Of a stretch of DNA of 64,000 nt, positions 43,958-58,475 are shown piece by piece (the first letter of the stretch is position 1; each line of letters starts with the position of its first letter). This DNA comes from Amoebidium appalachense (taxonomy: Eukaryota; Protista; Ichthyosporea). The stretch spans positions 7,444,001-7,508,000 of the forward strand of contig CAVNZM010000012.1 in assembly GCA_963693365.1 (NCBI GenBank), given 5' to 3'. A program made the translations under genes and the position numbers. Under the pieces are notes generated by a model. The model was given only the letters and a program-made list of their open reading frames with translations. It made no database searches and was not told the origin of the DNA.

Positions 43958-45533
43958 CAGCTTATATACGAGTAAAAATCAGCATTTGGCGCATGTGTGC
44001 ACGTATCCTTAACTGATGGACAAAGTTCCATGTATGTACACCAACAGGAAAGCGAAACACGCCCGGGAGGGGAGGGGAGGGGTGGGGGGGGAAAGGGAGG
44101 TGGGGGGAGGGAGGGGGGGGAGGGCACGGTGGGGGTGAGGCCGAGTGGGAAGGGCGAAAGGGAGAGGGGGGGGGGGGGGGAGAGGCACTTAGAAGAACTC
44201 TCAAGGGTCAAGAGTTTAAAAGGGATGGCAAGGGCGAATGAAAAGGAAGGTAGCAGGAGTGAAAATAAAAAAAGGGGGGGCTTTGGTGTTGTGTTTGGGA
44301 TTTGGGGGGGGGGGGGGGGGGGGGGGGGGAGGGGGATGGGGAGAGGGGGGGGGGGGGAGGGGGGAGGGGAGGGGGGGGGGGGGGGTGGGGAAAGTAGCAA
44401 AGATGACATAATTCAATAAGCAAACATCACCTAGTGGCCCTTTGACATGGAAAACGAGCAGTAGGAGAGCTCGCGGGTCGCGGGGGGCCGAGGGGAGGGG
44501 AGGAAGGTGGGAAGGGAGGGGGGGGGGGGGGGGAGAAGCCGCAAGGATTTTATTCAGGGTGCAGACACAGGAAATCCATGTGTTAGGAACATTGATGCTC
44601 CGAGGAAAACCTCGCCAGAATATGTCACCAAATCACCGCACATAGCCCCCTCCCTCCCTCCCCCCCCCCCCCCCCCCCCCCCCCCCCCACACACACACAC
44701 GCTTGCTCCCTCTCCGCCGTCTTTTTTCACTCCCCCCTCCCCTTCCCCCCTCCTCCCCCCCCCCCCCCCCCCCCCCACACACAAACTGCCTCATTCTCCC
44801 CCCTTTTCCCCCTGAAGACGTTTTCAACTCCTGCTCTTCCTCTCTTTCTCACCCCCAAAAGCGCTTCAACACAAAGGGGGAAGGAATAAAAAAAAACTAC
44901 GAAAATGACATGTTTAAGGCCAGCTACGTGCCTGTAGGAAACGAATGGTTGTAGCAGGTAGTATGAACTTTCTACCTACGTAGGTGAGCATCAGCTGTTA
45001 AAGCGGGTTGAGGGTTAGTGAACTAGAGAGAGCAAAGCGGGTGGTTTAAAGAAGAACAAGTGACCCAAGGAGGGAATTGGAGGTGGGCAATTCACAAGGT
45101 AACGTCAAGCGAGGAAGGGGCGGAGGAGAAACAGCGGGGTCTAAAAGTGAGGGGTAGGGGGCGACGGGGGTTGGGAGGGTGGGGATGGGGTGAGGGCGGA
45201 GGTGGGCGTGGGGTGAGGATCCGGGGACAGGCTTAGGGAGAGGGAGGCGGGGGGGGGGGGGGGGGGGGGGGGGGGGAGGGGGGAGGGGGTGGAGGAGCAC
45301 ACACCAAGGTCATCGGCAGTCATTTCTTTCGTTACCAGAAGCTCCACCTTTGCTTTCCCTGGCTCGTTACTTACAGGGGTGCCCACCAGCTGGCGGTTTA
45401 TGCCGTGGTGCGTGTTGATGTTGGTGCTCATTTTACGATAAAGGGAGGTGGAAAGGAGTGGTGTGGGGTTGTGGAGAAGGGCGAGGTTGGTAGGTAGACG
45501 AGCTACCCTGAAAGAAGAGAGAAGGGAAAGCAT
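43530..45533 (-). CDS. PaaI-family hot-dog fold thioesterase with N-terminal mitochondrial-type presequence, 163 aa
   Basis: Exons 45533-45305 and 43792-43530 (phase 1, G|GT) give ...INTHHGINRQLVGTP...EMTADDLGLAHGGFIFGLADYAAMLAVNDPTVVLGSANVKFLKP...FSGTFTCFVLEKHILS*, containing the HGG-x5-D PaaI motif. Confidence 0.9.
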
Positions 45534-45539
45534 GAAAAC

Positions 45540-45900
45540 AAGAGAAAGACACGGGTAGAAGTCAAGGCCGCCGTAATAATTGCCGCAAGGTCGATGTGAC
45601 AGAAAAGGATTCTCTCCTAGGCACCTATTCTCTCGCTAGCGCTCTCTCTCAGAGACTCTCTCTCTCTCTGTTTTTTTTTCTTTTTTTTTTTTTTTTCGGA
45701 ACTCACAGACAGCCGCTGTATTAGGTAAGCGTTACCCTCGCCCTCTTCCTATTGGGCCGCCTTCTCCCAAGACGAACTCATACCATATATAGCTATTATA
45801 AAACATATATCATTGGTTCTCAAAATTACTTCCCGTTTTTGGTAGGTACAAACTGATGACGTAATCTTTACGGCTGAGCACTTTTCAAGGTTTCAACGGT
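45540..45900. promoter_or_regulatory. Probable bidirectional promoter between thioesterase (-) and ASPSCR1 (+)
   Basis: Head-to-head genes; ATTGG (CCAAT) boxes at ~45751 and ~45812; TGACGT at ~45857. Confidence 0.45.
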
Positions 45901-46926
45901 CAGAGGCTCGCTCTGGTCAACTTGAAAGCAGGGCCTTTCCAATTTCGGTTTGTTTAAGTGAAAAGGCGAAAAGGCGAGAAAAAGGTAGAGTTTCATGTGT
46001 CATGCTTTATTTTATATGTTTTTGTGTGTGTTGCGCTGGGGTGTTCTCTGATTTACTGGGTTGTGCTCAGGGTTTACCCTCCTTGCTTGCATTTGCTTGG
46101 TGCGAGCAGGGGACGGTATACGTAGCTTTGTAGGCACCTATTTGAAGGGAGAAAAGATAGAGTGTGGAGGGGGCGGATGGAAGTAAGCTTCGAATTGATG
46201 GAAGGTGGAGAAAAGTGTGGAGATGTGGAGATGGAGTGAAGACGGGGAAGGGGGAAGAGGGGGTTTCATCTTGTGCACCTGTGCATGTTTTTTCTTGAAG
46301 CCTCCTCCTGGCGGTGGCTGCTGCTGCCGGTGTAGAGTGGTTGATGGCTATTTTTGAAGAGGATATAAGTCGAGAGGGAGTGAGGGGAGGGGAGTTGATG
46401 TTGGTATGGGGGAGGGAACATGGAGGAGGGGGCAGGTGGAGTGAACGACTGTGAGATGCTCATGGTTTGGGGGCTCTTAGGAGTCTCAATTGAGGATGCA
46501 TGCTTGCTTGGGTCCCCCTTTCGCCCCCTAGTATTTCTCTTGGAACATTTCTTTTCCTCTATTTGGTGTCGTATCGACGTTCCTCTCTGCCCCCCCCCCC
46601 CCCCCTCCCCTTCCCCCTACCCCCTTCCCCCATCCCCCTTGGTGTGTTTCTGTTTCGTGTGGATGTGAAGATGAGTGAGGTTTGCAGGGAAGATGGAAGC
46701 TTTGGCAGGTGAAAAGGTGTGTGTGTGTGTGGGGAGGGGACGGAGGGGGGGGGGGGGGGTGGGGGGGGGGGGGGGGGGGGGGTTGGGGAGGTGTGAAGGG
46801 AATTTCAAGGAGGTAAAGTATGGTAAGCTGCATACTGGTTGTGTTCAGGAGAGTTTTACTCCAGACCTCTGCAGAAGTCTCTTGTTTTGTAAAACTCAGT
46901 TTCATGTTTCCAGCAGGCACTTCAAC

Positions 46927-47656
46927 ATGTCGGGCTCGGTGACTGTGTTGTGGCGGGGACGCCGGCAAGTCATTACCACCAATCCCAACACCAAGCTGAC
47001 ACAAATCCTGGAGCAGGTACGGGAAGATACAGGAAGCATTTGCGCATGTGGGCTCTGAACCTACATGCTTGTGCAGTTTAGCAAAAAAGGAGGGTGTGCG
47101 AAAGAGGAGTTGTGGACTTTGGGGGGAGGTATTAGAGGAATGTCAAAATAGAGACTGTGCTCTTATTAGCGATTCTGGTGTTCAAAGACGATGTCTGTGT
47201 GTTGTGTGTGTTTCCGTGGGTTGGTGTGTGTGTGTACACTTTTTTTTTTTTTTTTTTTTGGGGGGGGGGGATATGGGAGCGGGGAGGGGGGGGGGGGGGG
47301 GGGGGGGGAGGGTCGCGGCTGCGCGAAGGATGAAGTCGTTTATCTCATGAATGGAAAAAACTTGAAGTGTGGTAGGGAGACATGGATAGGCAGGAGAGGG
47401 AAGGGGGGGGGGGGGGGGGGATTACATTATGATGATGTGAGTTTGTGAAGGGTTTCTTTCGGTGGATGCTGTGTGCATGGGAATACATGGAGAGGCAAGG
47501 GGCTTGGTGGAAAAGAACTGAATTGCCCCACTGCTCTGTGGGAGGGGGGAGGGGGGAGGGGGAGGGAGAGAAGTGAGAGGGTAGTAAAAGCTGCCCAGGA
47601 CCCTTGGTGGCGAGTAAAAGGAGCAGGTTGGGCCAAGGGCTTACGAGTGAAAGAAA

Positions 47657-47696
<40 letters not shown>

Positions 47697-48533
47697 AGTC
47701 TATGAATAAACTGCCCCTTTCCTTTTTCCCCCGAATCAATAAAAGAAATAAAGAATGGTTAATTAGATGAAAGACGCACAAATTCTCTTCCCTGCCTGCT
47801 AACATCACCAGCCCCCCCCCCCCCCCCCCCCCTTTCCCACCCTTCCCGCTAGTCTATGAACCCTTACACACACACACACACACTCTCTCTCTCTCTCTCT
47901 CTCTTGCCCCCTCCCCCCCTCCCCCCCTCTTCCCTCCTTCCCCTCCCCCTTCCCTTCTCTTTTTGTGATGCATACAATCTGCAAAATCTGCATTCTGTAT
48001 GCATCGTGAACGTGTATGCATTTCTTACTCTGTAACGCTTTCTAACCCCCCCCCCCCCCCCCCTTCTCTGCTGTATGTTTCCTTCCTGCCATTACTAATC
48101 GAATTGTCATTCCTTGGCCAGGCATGTGCCAAGTGTGGGCTGTTGGCGAGTGGGCACACGCTGCGCTACCAGAACAAGCCCGTGAACCTGTCTCTGTCTC
48201 TGCGCATGGCAAACATCCCCAACAATGCAAAGTTCGATATTACCCCTACTGACGACGTGCGACAGGCAAAGGATGTGACACTGGTGAGTGTTTGGTCTAA
48301 GTTTGCTGTAAATGAGAAAGGGGTGGGTGAGTTAGTGGTGGGGGAGAGGGGGGTGGGGGGGGGGGAGGAGGAGGGGAGAGGGCAGGTGCGGGGGAGTGGG
48401 AGTGAGGCATGTTTAGCGGGAGATTTTTTTTTTTTTTTGGGGGGGGGGGGGTGAAGGGAGGGAAGATAAGTGGGAGGTGGAGGGAAGATTTAGGGAGGAA
48501 AGGTGCTTGGGTGCTTCATAAAACTGTGTGTGT

Positions 48534-48610
<77 letters not shown>

Positions 48611-48663
48611 AGGCACTTGTCTGGAGGCACTTGTCTATTCGATGTTGGTCATTTTGGAAGTGT

Positions 48664-48694
<31 letters not shown>

Positions 48695-49028
48695 GGGGGG
48701 GGGGGACGGAGGGGGGAGGGGGGCAAGCACGTGTGAGCCTAAATTTATTATTTTTTTTATTCTTGAATATTCAGAACACCTAATGCTTCATATTATTTTC
48801 TTCTGCAGGTGGTGCAGTTTCCAGACGGGCAGAGACTCCAGCACTTGTGCGCTGCATCCACCCCTCTGTGGCTGGTCCTGACGGCTCTTGACACCCGCCC
48901 AGAGCTTGCCGGTGCAACTGTAACACGTAGGCGCATAGAAAGGTGAGTGGGTTTGCTCAGGGTATTTTACCACCTTTGTACTCCTTATGTGTGCACCGTG
49001 CTTTTGGTAGTCTTTTTTTTTTTTTTTT

Positions 49029-49070
<42 letters not shown>

Positions 49071-49995
49071 GATCTTTTGGTATAGTTTAGGAAGTTGGCG
49101 AGGTTTTGTAGAAGCCATACTTACTCTCGGCTTGTTTGCTTGGTTGTACTTCTATGTGCTCGGATATGGTTGTGATATGTATTTTATGACTCCTGATCGT
49201 TGAAGAAATCTTCCTGGCTTTAGCCTAATGCCGTTGAAGCAAAAGATGGGTTGAAATCACACTCCCGAGGTTCCTAAATCGATATTCTCTTGTGGTGGAA
49301 GAGCTGTGACCCTTTAAACGACTTTCCCTGTTTAAAGTGACGTAATGGATGGTTTGCCGATGCAGCGGGGGGTAATTACATAATGGATATTGATGTGTCA
49401 GCCCTTGGAAAAATCGATTTCTATCCCCTCCATATTTTCTTACGCTAAGTGAAAACGGGCAGCTCGAACCAGATTTTTTCACCGGTAGACATACATATAT
49501 TCTAGCTAACCAACCCTCACTTTGTAATCAAAATTTCATTCTCTCCCGCGGTTTCTGCGTTCATTCTCTCACAAATGACATGGGGTTTATATTGAAAGTT
49601 GAATTATCGGACCTCCCGGCCTCGATTGACTGACAGGATCAATTATATTTGGTCGATCTCGATGCGCACCCCCATTTTTAAGCTAAAATCCATCCCCCAA
49701 GTCTCCTTAAGTGTGCCTGTCAGCGCAAATGACTTTGTTTCTGGTTTGTGGTTTTGGCCTTGCGGATTGTGGTTTTGGCCTTGCGGATTGTGGTTTTGGT
49801 CTTGCGGATTGTGGTTTTGGTCTTGTGGATTGTGGTTTTGGTCTTGCGGATTGTGGTTTTGGTCTTGCGGATTGTGGTTTCGTTTTGTAGCTTATTTTGT
49901 GTCCTTGGCTTCCTGTTTGCCATCCTATTGTGCATATACCCCCCTCCTCCCCTCCCCCTTCTCCCCCCACCCCCCAAAAAAAAATAAAAAAATAA

Positions 49996-50028
<33 letters not shown>

Positions 50029-50234
50029 CAAAAAAAAAACAAAAAAAAAAAATAAAAAGAAAGACACAAGACCAATGCCGAATCACCCCCCCCCCCCCCC
50101 CCCCCCCCCTCTCATTCTCTTCATCCCCGTTGCATCTGTGTGTGTCTTCCTCCGACTCCACCGCCCCTCAGAGTACTCTACCCTGCACCCCCTACTAATC
50201 CACATGCACACATCCCTGACTGTGAACACATACA

Positions 50235-50293
<59 letters not shown>

Positions 50294-51027
50294 CACAACA
50301 CACGAACATACATACATACGGTGTGCACACACAAACAGAGACGGGCAGGGTGTATACGAGCAGCCCGTGTGTGTGATCCTCAACACCCAGCATGGGGGGG
50401 ATCTTGGGTCTCTGGCCAGCACCACACTTGAGGCAGCAGGCATCACAGAGGGCAGCGCCATTCTCCGCCTGTTATTCCGCCCTACAGGTATTTGCCCCCC
50501 CCTTTGCCCCCCTCTTCCACCCAAATTCCGTTGTTGATTTTGTTGTTGTGGTGGTGGTGGTGGTGGTTGCCTGCTGTAAGTCCGTTTGTGCTTGCGTGTC
50601 TTTGTTGGGGATACATTGTGTGAACCTTTATATGTTTAGCTGTTTTAACATATCCCCCTCCCCCCCCCCCCCCCCCCCCTCCCCCCCCCCCCCCCCCCCC
50701 CCCACCTCCCCCCCCCCCCTCAATTCCGGCCTTTTTGCCTCCTCCTCCTTTCCCCTTTTCTCTTCCCATCCTCCTAAGAACGTAAGGGAAAGAAAAACAT
50801 CGCAACTATCTCAAAAGAACAGGAGAAGAGAAAAGAATGTGTGTGTGAATTAGGGGACTAAAGTGAGTGGCTATTTGAAACATACTATCTCCGCAATGAG
50901 AACCACCACGGGGGAGGCATCGTTTAAACATGAAAATGGAGAGAATGCCCCCCCCCCCCCCCCCTCCCCCCCCACCACCACCATTTCACCATCAGTAGCT
51001 GCTGTTGCCTTGGCTCGTCCTGCAAGG

Positions 51028-51113
<86 letters not shown>

Positions 51114-51185
51114 TACACTTCCGCTGACGCGCACACACACACACATACACACACACACACACACACACGCTCGCACACACACTCT

Positions 51186-51250
<65 letters not shown>

Positions 51251-51579
51251 CACACACGCTCGCACACACACACACACGTACACACACATTAATGAAGTGC
51301 CTGTGGCTGACCATTTGCCCCTTCATCCCTGCACAGACATTGCCTGGGAGGATGCAGAGACGCGATTGGCTCATCTGGACCAATCAGCAAAGGCCTTTGT
51401 GGACAATGCAGCAAGCGCTGCACAAAGGCTGGCTGAGGAGAGGCAGCAGGCACAGGCTCGGACCGCCCAAACCACGGGCAGACCCCAACAACCTGCGACC
51501 CGACCCGAAAGTATGGGAGCAGATCGGGATACGGACATGATAGACGCACCGGCACAGGTGTGTACGGGTGTGTGTTTGT

Positions 51580-51610
<31 letters not shown>

Positions 51611-52191
51611 TGGATGGGAAGGGTTGAATGTTGTGGGTGGGTGGGTGTTTGCTATGCTTTGTTTTTGGATTCGAGTTGTAACCTAAGGGCTGGTTTTTGG
51701 TTGTGTCACCGGGTGTGTAAGTATGGGGTCGAGTGGAGGGGCAACGTTCGTTTGGATGGGGGTTAGAGGGGGATTGGGGGGGGGGGGGGAGGGGGGAGGG
51801 GAGGGGAGAAGAATGACGGGAGGGGGGAGGGGGGGTCTGAAGTCTTGAAAGCCATCAGCATGGGTCTTTCCATGAGGGTGCAATGCATGACTAGCATATC
51901 GTGAGAGACGTGTGTGTGGGTAGCTGCAGAGCCGTACATGTGTTTAGGTGGATCATAGACATGCATGAATCCCCAGCATATGGTGCTTAGCATAGCACCC
52001 TGCGGGTATTGCACAGACATACACACCAGGCACATGCAACTATGAGCATTTTGACTGCAATCGCTTTTTAACTGCCACCTGAGGCTGCACAAACATCAGC
52101 TTGCGCTCATGCGCACACAAACACAACACATCTACACACCTCTCTTCTCTTATCCCTGTGCTTGCTACCCATCCACTCACCGATTCATTCC

Positions 52192-52247
<56 letters not shown>

Positions 52248-52262
52248 AAAAAAAAAAAAAAA

Positions 52263-52293
<31 letters not shown>

Positions 52294-52451
52294 CAAACAA
52301 GTAAAACAAAACAAAAATAAAAAACCAAAAGCACACATACACACACACACACCTACATCCCGAAACCCTCTCAACCCTCCCATTCACCCACACACACAGA
52401 CACAGTAGCACCCCACACCAACACCGCCCGTCACTCAACCAGTCAACATCA

Positions 52452-52498
<47 letters not shown>

Positions 52499-52947
52499 AA
52501 AAAAAAAAAAAAAGGAAAAAGCAAACAAGTAAGTAAGCAAACAAACAAAAAACCAAAAGCACACATATACACACACCTACTCAACCCACCCATTCACCCA
52601 CACGTACACAGCAGCATCCCACACCCACACCAACACCACCTGCCACTCTACCATCCAACATCTTCGGAGGAGGAGAAGAGGGGGTGGGTGAGGTCGAACC
52701 TATGGACTGGGAGAGAGACAGACCACCACCCCCGTCACATCAACAACAGAGGCGCCCCCCTGCCACTATGGGTGAACTGCTCGGAGTGTCGCTCGAACCT
52801 GAACCCATAAGGCCAGAGGAGGCTATGCCCTTCAAGGAGTTCAAGTTTCCTGAAAAGAAGTATGTGTGTTTGTGTGTGGGTGGATGGGTGTGGGAGAGTG
52901 GAGGTGGGGTGGGTGGGTGGGTGGGGGGAGAAGGAGGCGGGTTGGGG

Positions 52948-53006
<59 letters not shown>

Positions 53007-53650
53007 GGGTGTGGGTGGGTGGGTGGGTGGGTGGGGGGTAGGCATGTGTGTGCATGCATGCGTGCGTGTTGTGGGTGTGGGTGTGGGTGTGGGTGTGTGT
53101 GTGTGGATGGATGGGTGAGTGGGTGGGTGGTATTAAGGATCGTAGATATCGTATGCGTGTTTTCTAAGGGGAGGAAGAGGGTTCGGTTTGGGCGCCTCGG
53201 TGTGTATGGGTGTGTTGGGGGGGGAAGGGGGGGGGGGGGGGGGGATGGGGGAGGGGGTTGAGGTTCATAATAATGTATATTGGCATAATATTTGTAAATA
53301 TGTAGGGAGCTTGTTGGTTGTATTGAGAGTGCGTGTTGATTAAGGCGGGGTTGTGTGGTGGGATTTTTTTAGCCATGGGTGTTGGGTGCTTTTTCTTCCC
53401 TGTTTCTGTTGTAGTTAATTCGGCATCAGAGGTGTGTGCAAAAACCATTGTGCATGCTGCAAGCACACACGCCTGTGCGCCCGTGTGTGTGTACGTGCAT
53501 GCCTGCGTGGATGTGTGCCTGGTTGCGTGCGCGGCCGGGAGGGGAGGGGGGGTGAAGGGGGGGAGGGGAGAGGGGTTGAGGTGGCTGAGAATGTTTTTTG
53601 GCACAGAGTGGAGAAACCAGCTGGAGAGGGCGCAGGAGGTGAGCACGCGC

Positions 53651-53704
<54 letters not shown>

Positions 53705-53764
53705 ATGTGTGGGTGGGTATGGAGTACGTGTGTTCACCAAGGAGGACAGAAAGAGGCTGCTTGT

Positions 53765-53809
<45 letters not shown>

Positions 53810-54005
53810 GGGGGGGGAGAGGGGAAGTTTGGAAAGGGAGGGGAGGGAGGGGGGGGGGGGGGGGGGGGACGTGGCTAATCCGTTGCCGCTGGCCATTTGG
53901 TACAGTGCCCTATCATCATAAGGAGAAGGGGGTTGTGCGATAGTGGGTGGGAACCGCGCCCTGCTTTTCCTGAGGCAGACACTCTTGGACACGGAGGGGG
54001 AGGAT

Positions 54006-54042
<37 letters not shown>

Positions 54043-54962
54043 AATGGATTTTTTTGAAGAGGGGGGAGGGAGGGAGGGGGGGGGGAGGGGGTTGGGGGGA
54101 GGTTAGAAGGTAGGAGGGTGGAGAGAGTGAGGGCTGAGGAGGTGGAAGGACTGGAATCCTTATTTTTTCATTGGTGTTTCTTGAGGCGGGGTGAAAGGAG
54201 GGGTTCTGACACCCTATGGGCTACAGGCAGGCAGGCAGGACCGCATATTGCCAGGCAGGTGGCCGTGTTTGAGCTGGACTCGGCACAGACCCCCTCCTTT
54301 GACCTGCCAGATGAATTCTATGACGTCACAGGTATAGAACCCCCCCCCCCCTAGGATGGACTCTGCTTATTTTGCATACTGTTTTCGTTGCTGATGTTGC
54401 ATACTCGAATGTTTGCGTTTGCCTGTGTCCTGCACCGTGTTTCCCATCGTGTTCTTGTACTTCGTACCGCGTTCCCCCTTCCCACCCCCCCCCCCCCCCC
54501 CCCCCCCCCTCCCCCTTCCCCGGCCCGCTCCGCCCCGCTGGGGATTTAGCCTTCACCCACTGATTACCCAACACAATCTGTCTAGAGCCCGTTTTCTTGC
54601 CTTAAACAATCACCCATGCCTTCTGTTAACCTCTTTTAGCCTTTTTAGCCTAGTTTGGAATATTGCCCCCCCCCCCCCCCCCCTCCCCCCCCCCCCCCTT
54701 TCCTTCCTCCCCGACATACTCACACACTCACGCACCAAAAGACCAAAAGAGAAAAGGAAGGGGAAAAGAAAGGTAAAATAATAGAGGGGGGAAAGGGAAA
54801 GGTGTATTACTACCATCACCACTCTTGAGCTTTCTATATTAAGGCAAGCGTCGAGATGGGGGCAATGTGTGTGTATGTGTGTGAGCTTGTGTCCGTGCGC
54901 GTGCGCCTGTGCTTGTTTTGCTTGTTTTATATATTTATTTATTTATTTTATTTTATTATTAA

Positions 54963-55013
<51 letters not shown>

Positions 55014-55151
55014 TTTATTTTATTTGGGGGGGGGGGGGGGGGGGCACAAAGGGTGATTCGTTTCTAAGTGTGGGTGTGAGCAGTGGAGGATGTGCGTGTG
55101 ATGATCAAATGAATTGCTGAGGGCCAGTTTCCTGTTTTCTTTCTTTCTTTT

Positions 55152-55182
<31 letters not shown>

Positions 55183-56905
55183 ATTGTTTCTGAGTTTGTG
55201 TGTGAGCAGTGCAGGATGTGCGTTCGATGATACAGCGAATGGCTGAAAACCAGCAGGCCCCGGAGAAGAAACCCCTCAGCATGACCGGAAGGTGGATGCA
55301 TGCACGTGCACACACCTATAAATAGAATGATACTGAAAGTGCTAAGGAGCAAGGGTTCAATACAGACTATGTACGCTCTCAGACTACCAAGAATTAGCCG
55401 CCACAGCGGCTAAATTTGCCATGATAAATGACGTGATACTGATTTACTATCATATATAGTAGTGAATCGGTAAACCTCACATTCCATAGCAATCTTAGCC
55501 GGTGCCCGCTAAATTTTGCTAGTCTGACGGGGTACGTAGTCTGTTTTGAACCCTTTCTCCTTAAATGTATCCGGTTAATGCAGATTTACTTTGGGATTTC
55601 ATGGATGAGATGTCAAATGTATTGGAATAATACAATGATATTGGAACATGTAACAATATGTAGTCGGCATGAGGAAGTGCAAAACGGGCGCCCAGTAGGG
55701 AGGAGTGTGTGTGGGTGTGTTTGGCGGGGTGGGAGGAAAGATTTGGGGGAAGGGGGGAGGGGGAGGTCTAAGAAGTCTTTCACTGTTCTGAATTTGTGCG
55801 TGGACACAGGCTGCATGATGGGCTTGCAGAGAAGCTGTCCGACTACAAGACCACCGTGCTGCGCATACAGTTCCCTGACAGGTATCGTAGAGCCCCCCCT
55901 CCCCCCCCCCCCCCCCCCCCTCTCCCCCTCTTCATCTGCGTGCAGCATTGGGCAAGCTGGTGGGGATGACACTGCTCTGGGGGGGGGGGGGGGGGGGGGG
56001 GGTTCCGATGGGGCCTGGGGGGTATGGGCGGAGGAGTTTTGGGGGAGTCTGAAGAAAGAGGGGAACGATGGCAGAAAAAGAGAGAACCAGGAAGGAAGGG
56101 GGGGGGGGGGGGGGGGGGGGGCTGAGTAAGGGAGTGGGGAAGGGGGAGAGGGAAAGAGGGAGAGGGAGAGAAGCCTGGGGGGGGGGGGGGAGGGAGAGAG
56201 AGAGAGTAAGTGGTACAATTATGTCTTTTTTCACACGTATATTATGTACTCGCTCGATTTCTTGTGCATGCATGATCTTTCTCCCTTCCCATTCCCACCA
56301 CGACTCACCCACCATTCATACTACAGACGAGTGCTGCAAGGTACGTTTGAGCCCAAGGAGCCTCTGTCAAACTTGTTTGAGTTTGTGCGCACACATGTCG
56401 ACCCGTCCGTGGCCCGAGGGTTTGTCCTGTACACCACACCTCCGCGAAGGTTAGTGTTTCGCTCTTTTGTTTTTATATGATTTAATTGAATTTTTTAAGC
56501 TGTTGTGTGACTTCTGTTTTGGAATGCAGGTAACACTGGGTGCTGTAGTGGGCTGCTTGCTTGGTTTCATGAGAAGGCTGAGTTATTGCTCTTTTTCTTA
56601 GAGAGAGAAATGCAAATAGGAGGGCTGTGGTTGTGTAGCGAGCTGGTTATGGGGCTCAGGTGGTGGGTGGTGGGATGAAGGAAGCCGGTTGCAGAGGACC
56701 AGTGGTAAAAACCAACCTCCAGTTGATCAAGTACATACTCTCTGGGGGTCTTAACGAGACTGTGTGTGCGAGCCCGAGTCCCGCTGTTGTGTATGTATGT
56801 GTGCGCGTGCTGAGAGGGTGAGGCTGGCTTGGGGGTGTATTTTTTTTCTTTTTCTTCTTCTTTCTTTTTCTTTTTCTTTTCTTTTTTCTTTCTTTCTTTT
56901 TTCTT

Positions 56906-56938
<33 letters not shown>

Positions 56939-57721
56939 GGGGGGGGGGGGTTCTAATTGTGTGTTTGCATTTATGGAGAAGGCGAGGGGGGTTGACGCGG
57001 GGGGAGGGAGGGGGGGGGGGAGGGGGGGGGGAGGATGAATACGGGGAGCATCTGTATAGGTGTTGTGTTGTGGCATGATGCTAACAATGTTATCAGGAAA
57101 CTAATGGTGTTGTTGTTGCTATTTGGGAACCAACGCTGTTTGTTTCATTATTAGGGTGCTAGCGGTGTAACAGTTGTCCTTTCTTTTATTAACCTCTTCG
57201 GGCCTGCACTAATTGATTTTGGCGGCAGCCGGCCAGCTCTAAACAGCTCCAAGCAACTCTATTGCGGCTCAAAATCGATAGAAAAAGCTCAAATAAATTG
57301 TAATTATCGACACGTATGTGTCTTACCTACTTACGTTTCTAAGGTGGTTTGGGGAAAATATCATTATTTCGTATACTTTTGTATCTGTTTCTGTGTTTCT
57401 GACCATCTAGGGAAATTGCCGGTATGAACAGGTTAATTTACTTAGTCTACCGGTGCTGTGTTTTCTTATAGGGAATGAAAATCGAAGGCGTTGCCTTTCC
57501 GTATTAGGGGACTGACGGTGTCATCTTTCCTTATCAGCGAGCTGCGCGAGAGCAAGGTGACCTCTTTGCTGCAAGCCGGCCTTGTTCCTGCTGCCGTCGT
57601 GCACTTCAAGCCACCCACTGATGGTTCGTTCGTGTTCCACCTACCCTTCCCCTCCCCTTTTTTTTCCCCCCCTAACCAAAGCCCCCGCACGTTTAGCCTT
57701 TCTTCCCCCTTTTCTGGGAAA

Positions 57722-57754
<33 letters not shown>

Positions 57755-58405
57755 CGTGTGTGTGTGTGTGTGTTTTTGCATTTCCCCCCCCCCCCCCCCC
57801 CCCCCCCCCTCCCCCCCCCTCCTTTTTTCCATCGGATTCCCCAACCTCAGGCTGCCCAGCCCGCTGTCCTTCTTATCCACTCTTCACCTCGTCCTCGTAG
57901 GTGGGAATATATCGTTTCTTATTTAGGGATATAGAAAAGTTTGGGGGAGGGGGGGGGGGTGAGGGGCATTTATCTTTGCGCTTTCTATTAGAAGAATGGC
58001 GTAGTCTGCGTACTCACCTACCCACCATATTTTTGGGACAATAAATAGATGAACATGAAACGTGTGCACGAATACGATACGTGGCTGCACAGAGATGACC
58101 CAGGCACACACTTATTAAATCCCCCACCGCTCTCCCAACACACATACACACAATGTCACGCACATGTGCACACACACCCACTAGGCCCCTGCAAAAATAT
58201 CCCGGAAATGGCCCCTGAATATCAAATGGAAATATCCCGAAATACCCCGTAAAACAGGCCCAGAATATCACGAAATATCCCAAGAAGTTCCCTGAATATC
58301 GAAAAAATATTTTCTGTACCCCTGAATATCAAGAAATATCGCGCAACACGGGATATTTTTTCGGGATATTTGATACTTGGGATTTTTTTTGCAAGGGCCT
58401 GACAT

Positions 58406-58475
<70 letters not shown>

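Noticed and set aside
49743-49880. CRISPR-like array or telomeric repeat
   Set aside because: Head-to-tail 21-mers without spacers inside a eukaryotic intron; an ordinary minisatellite.
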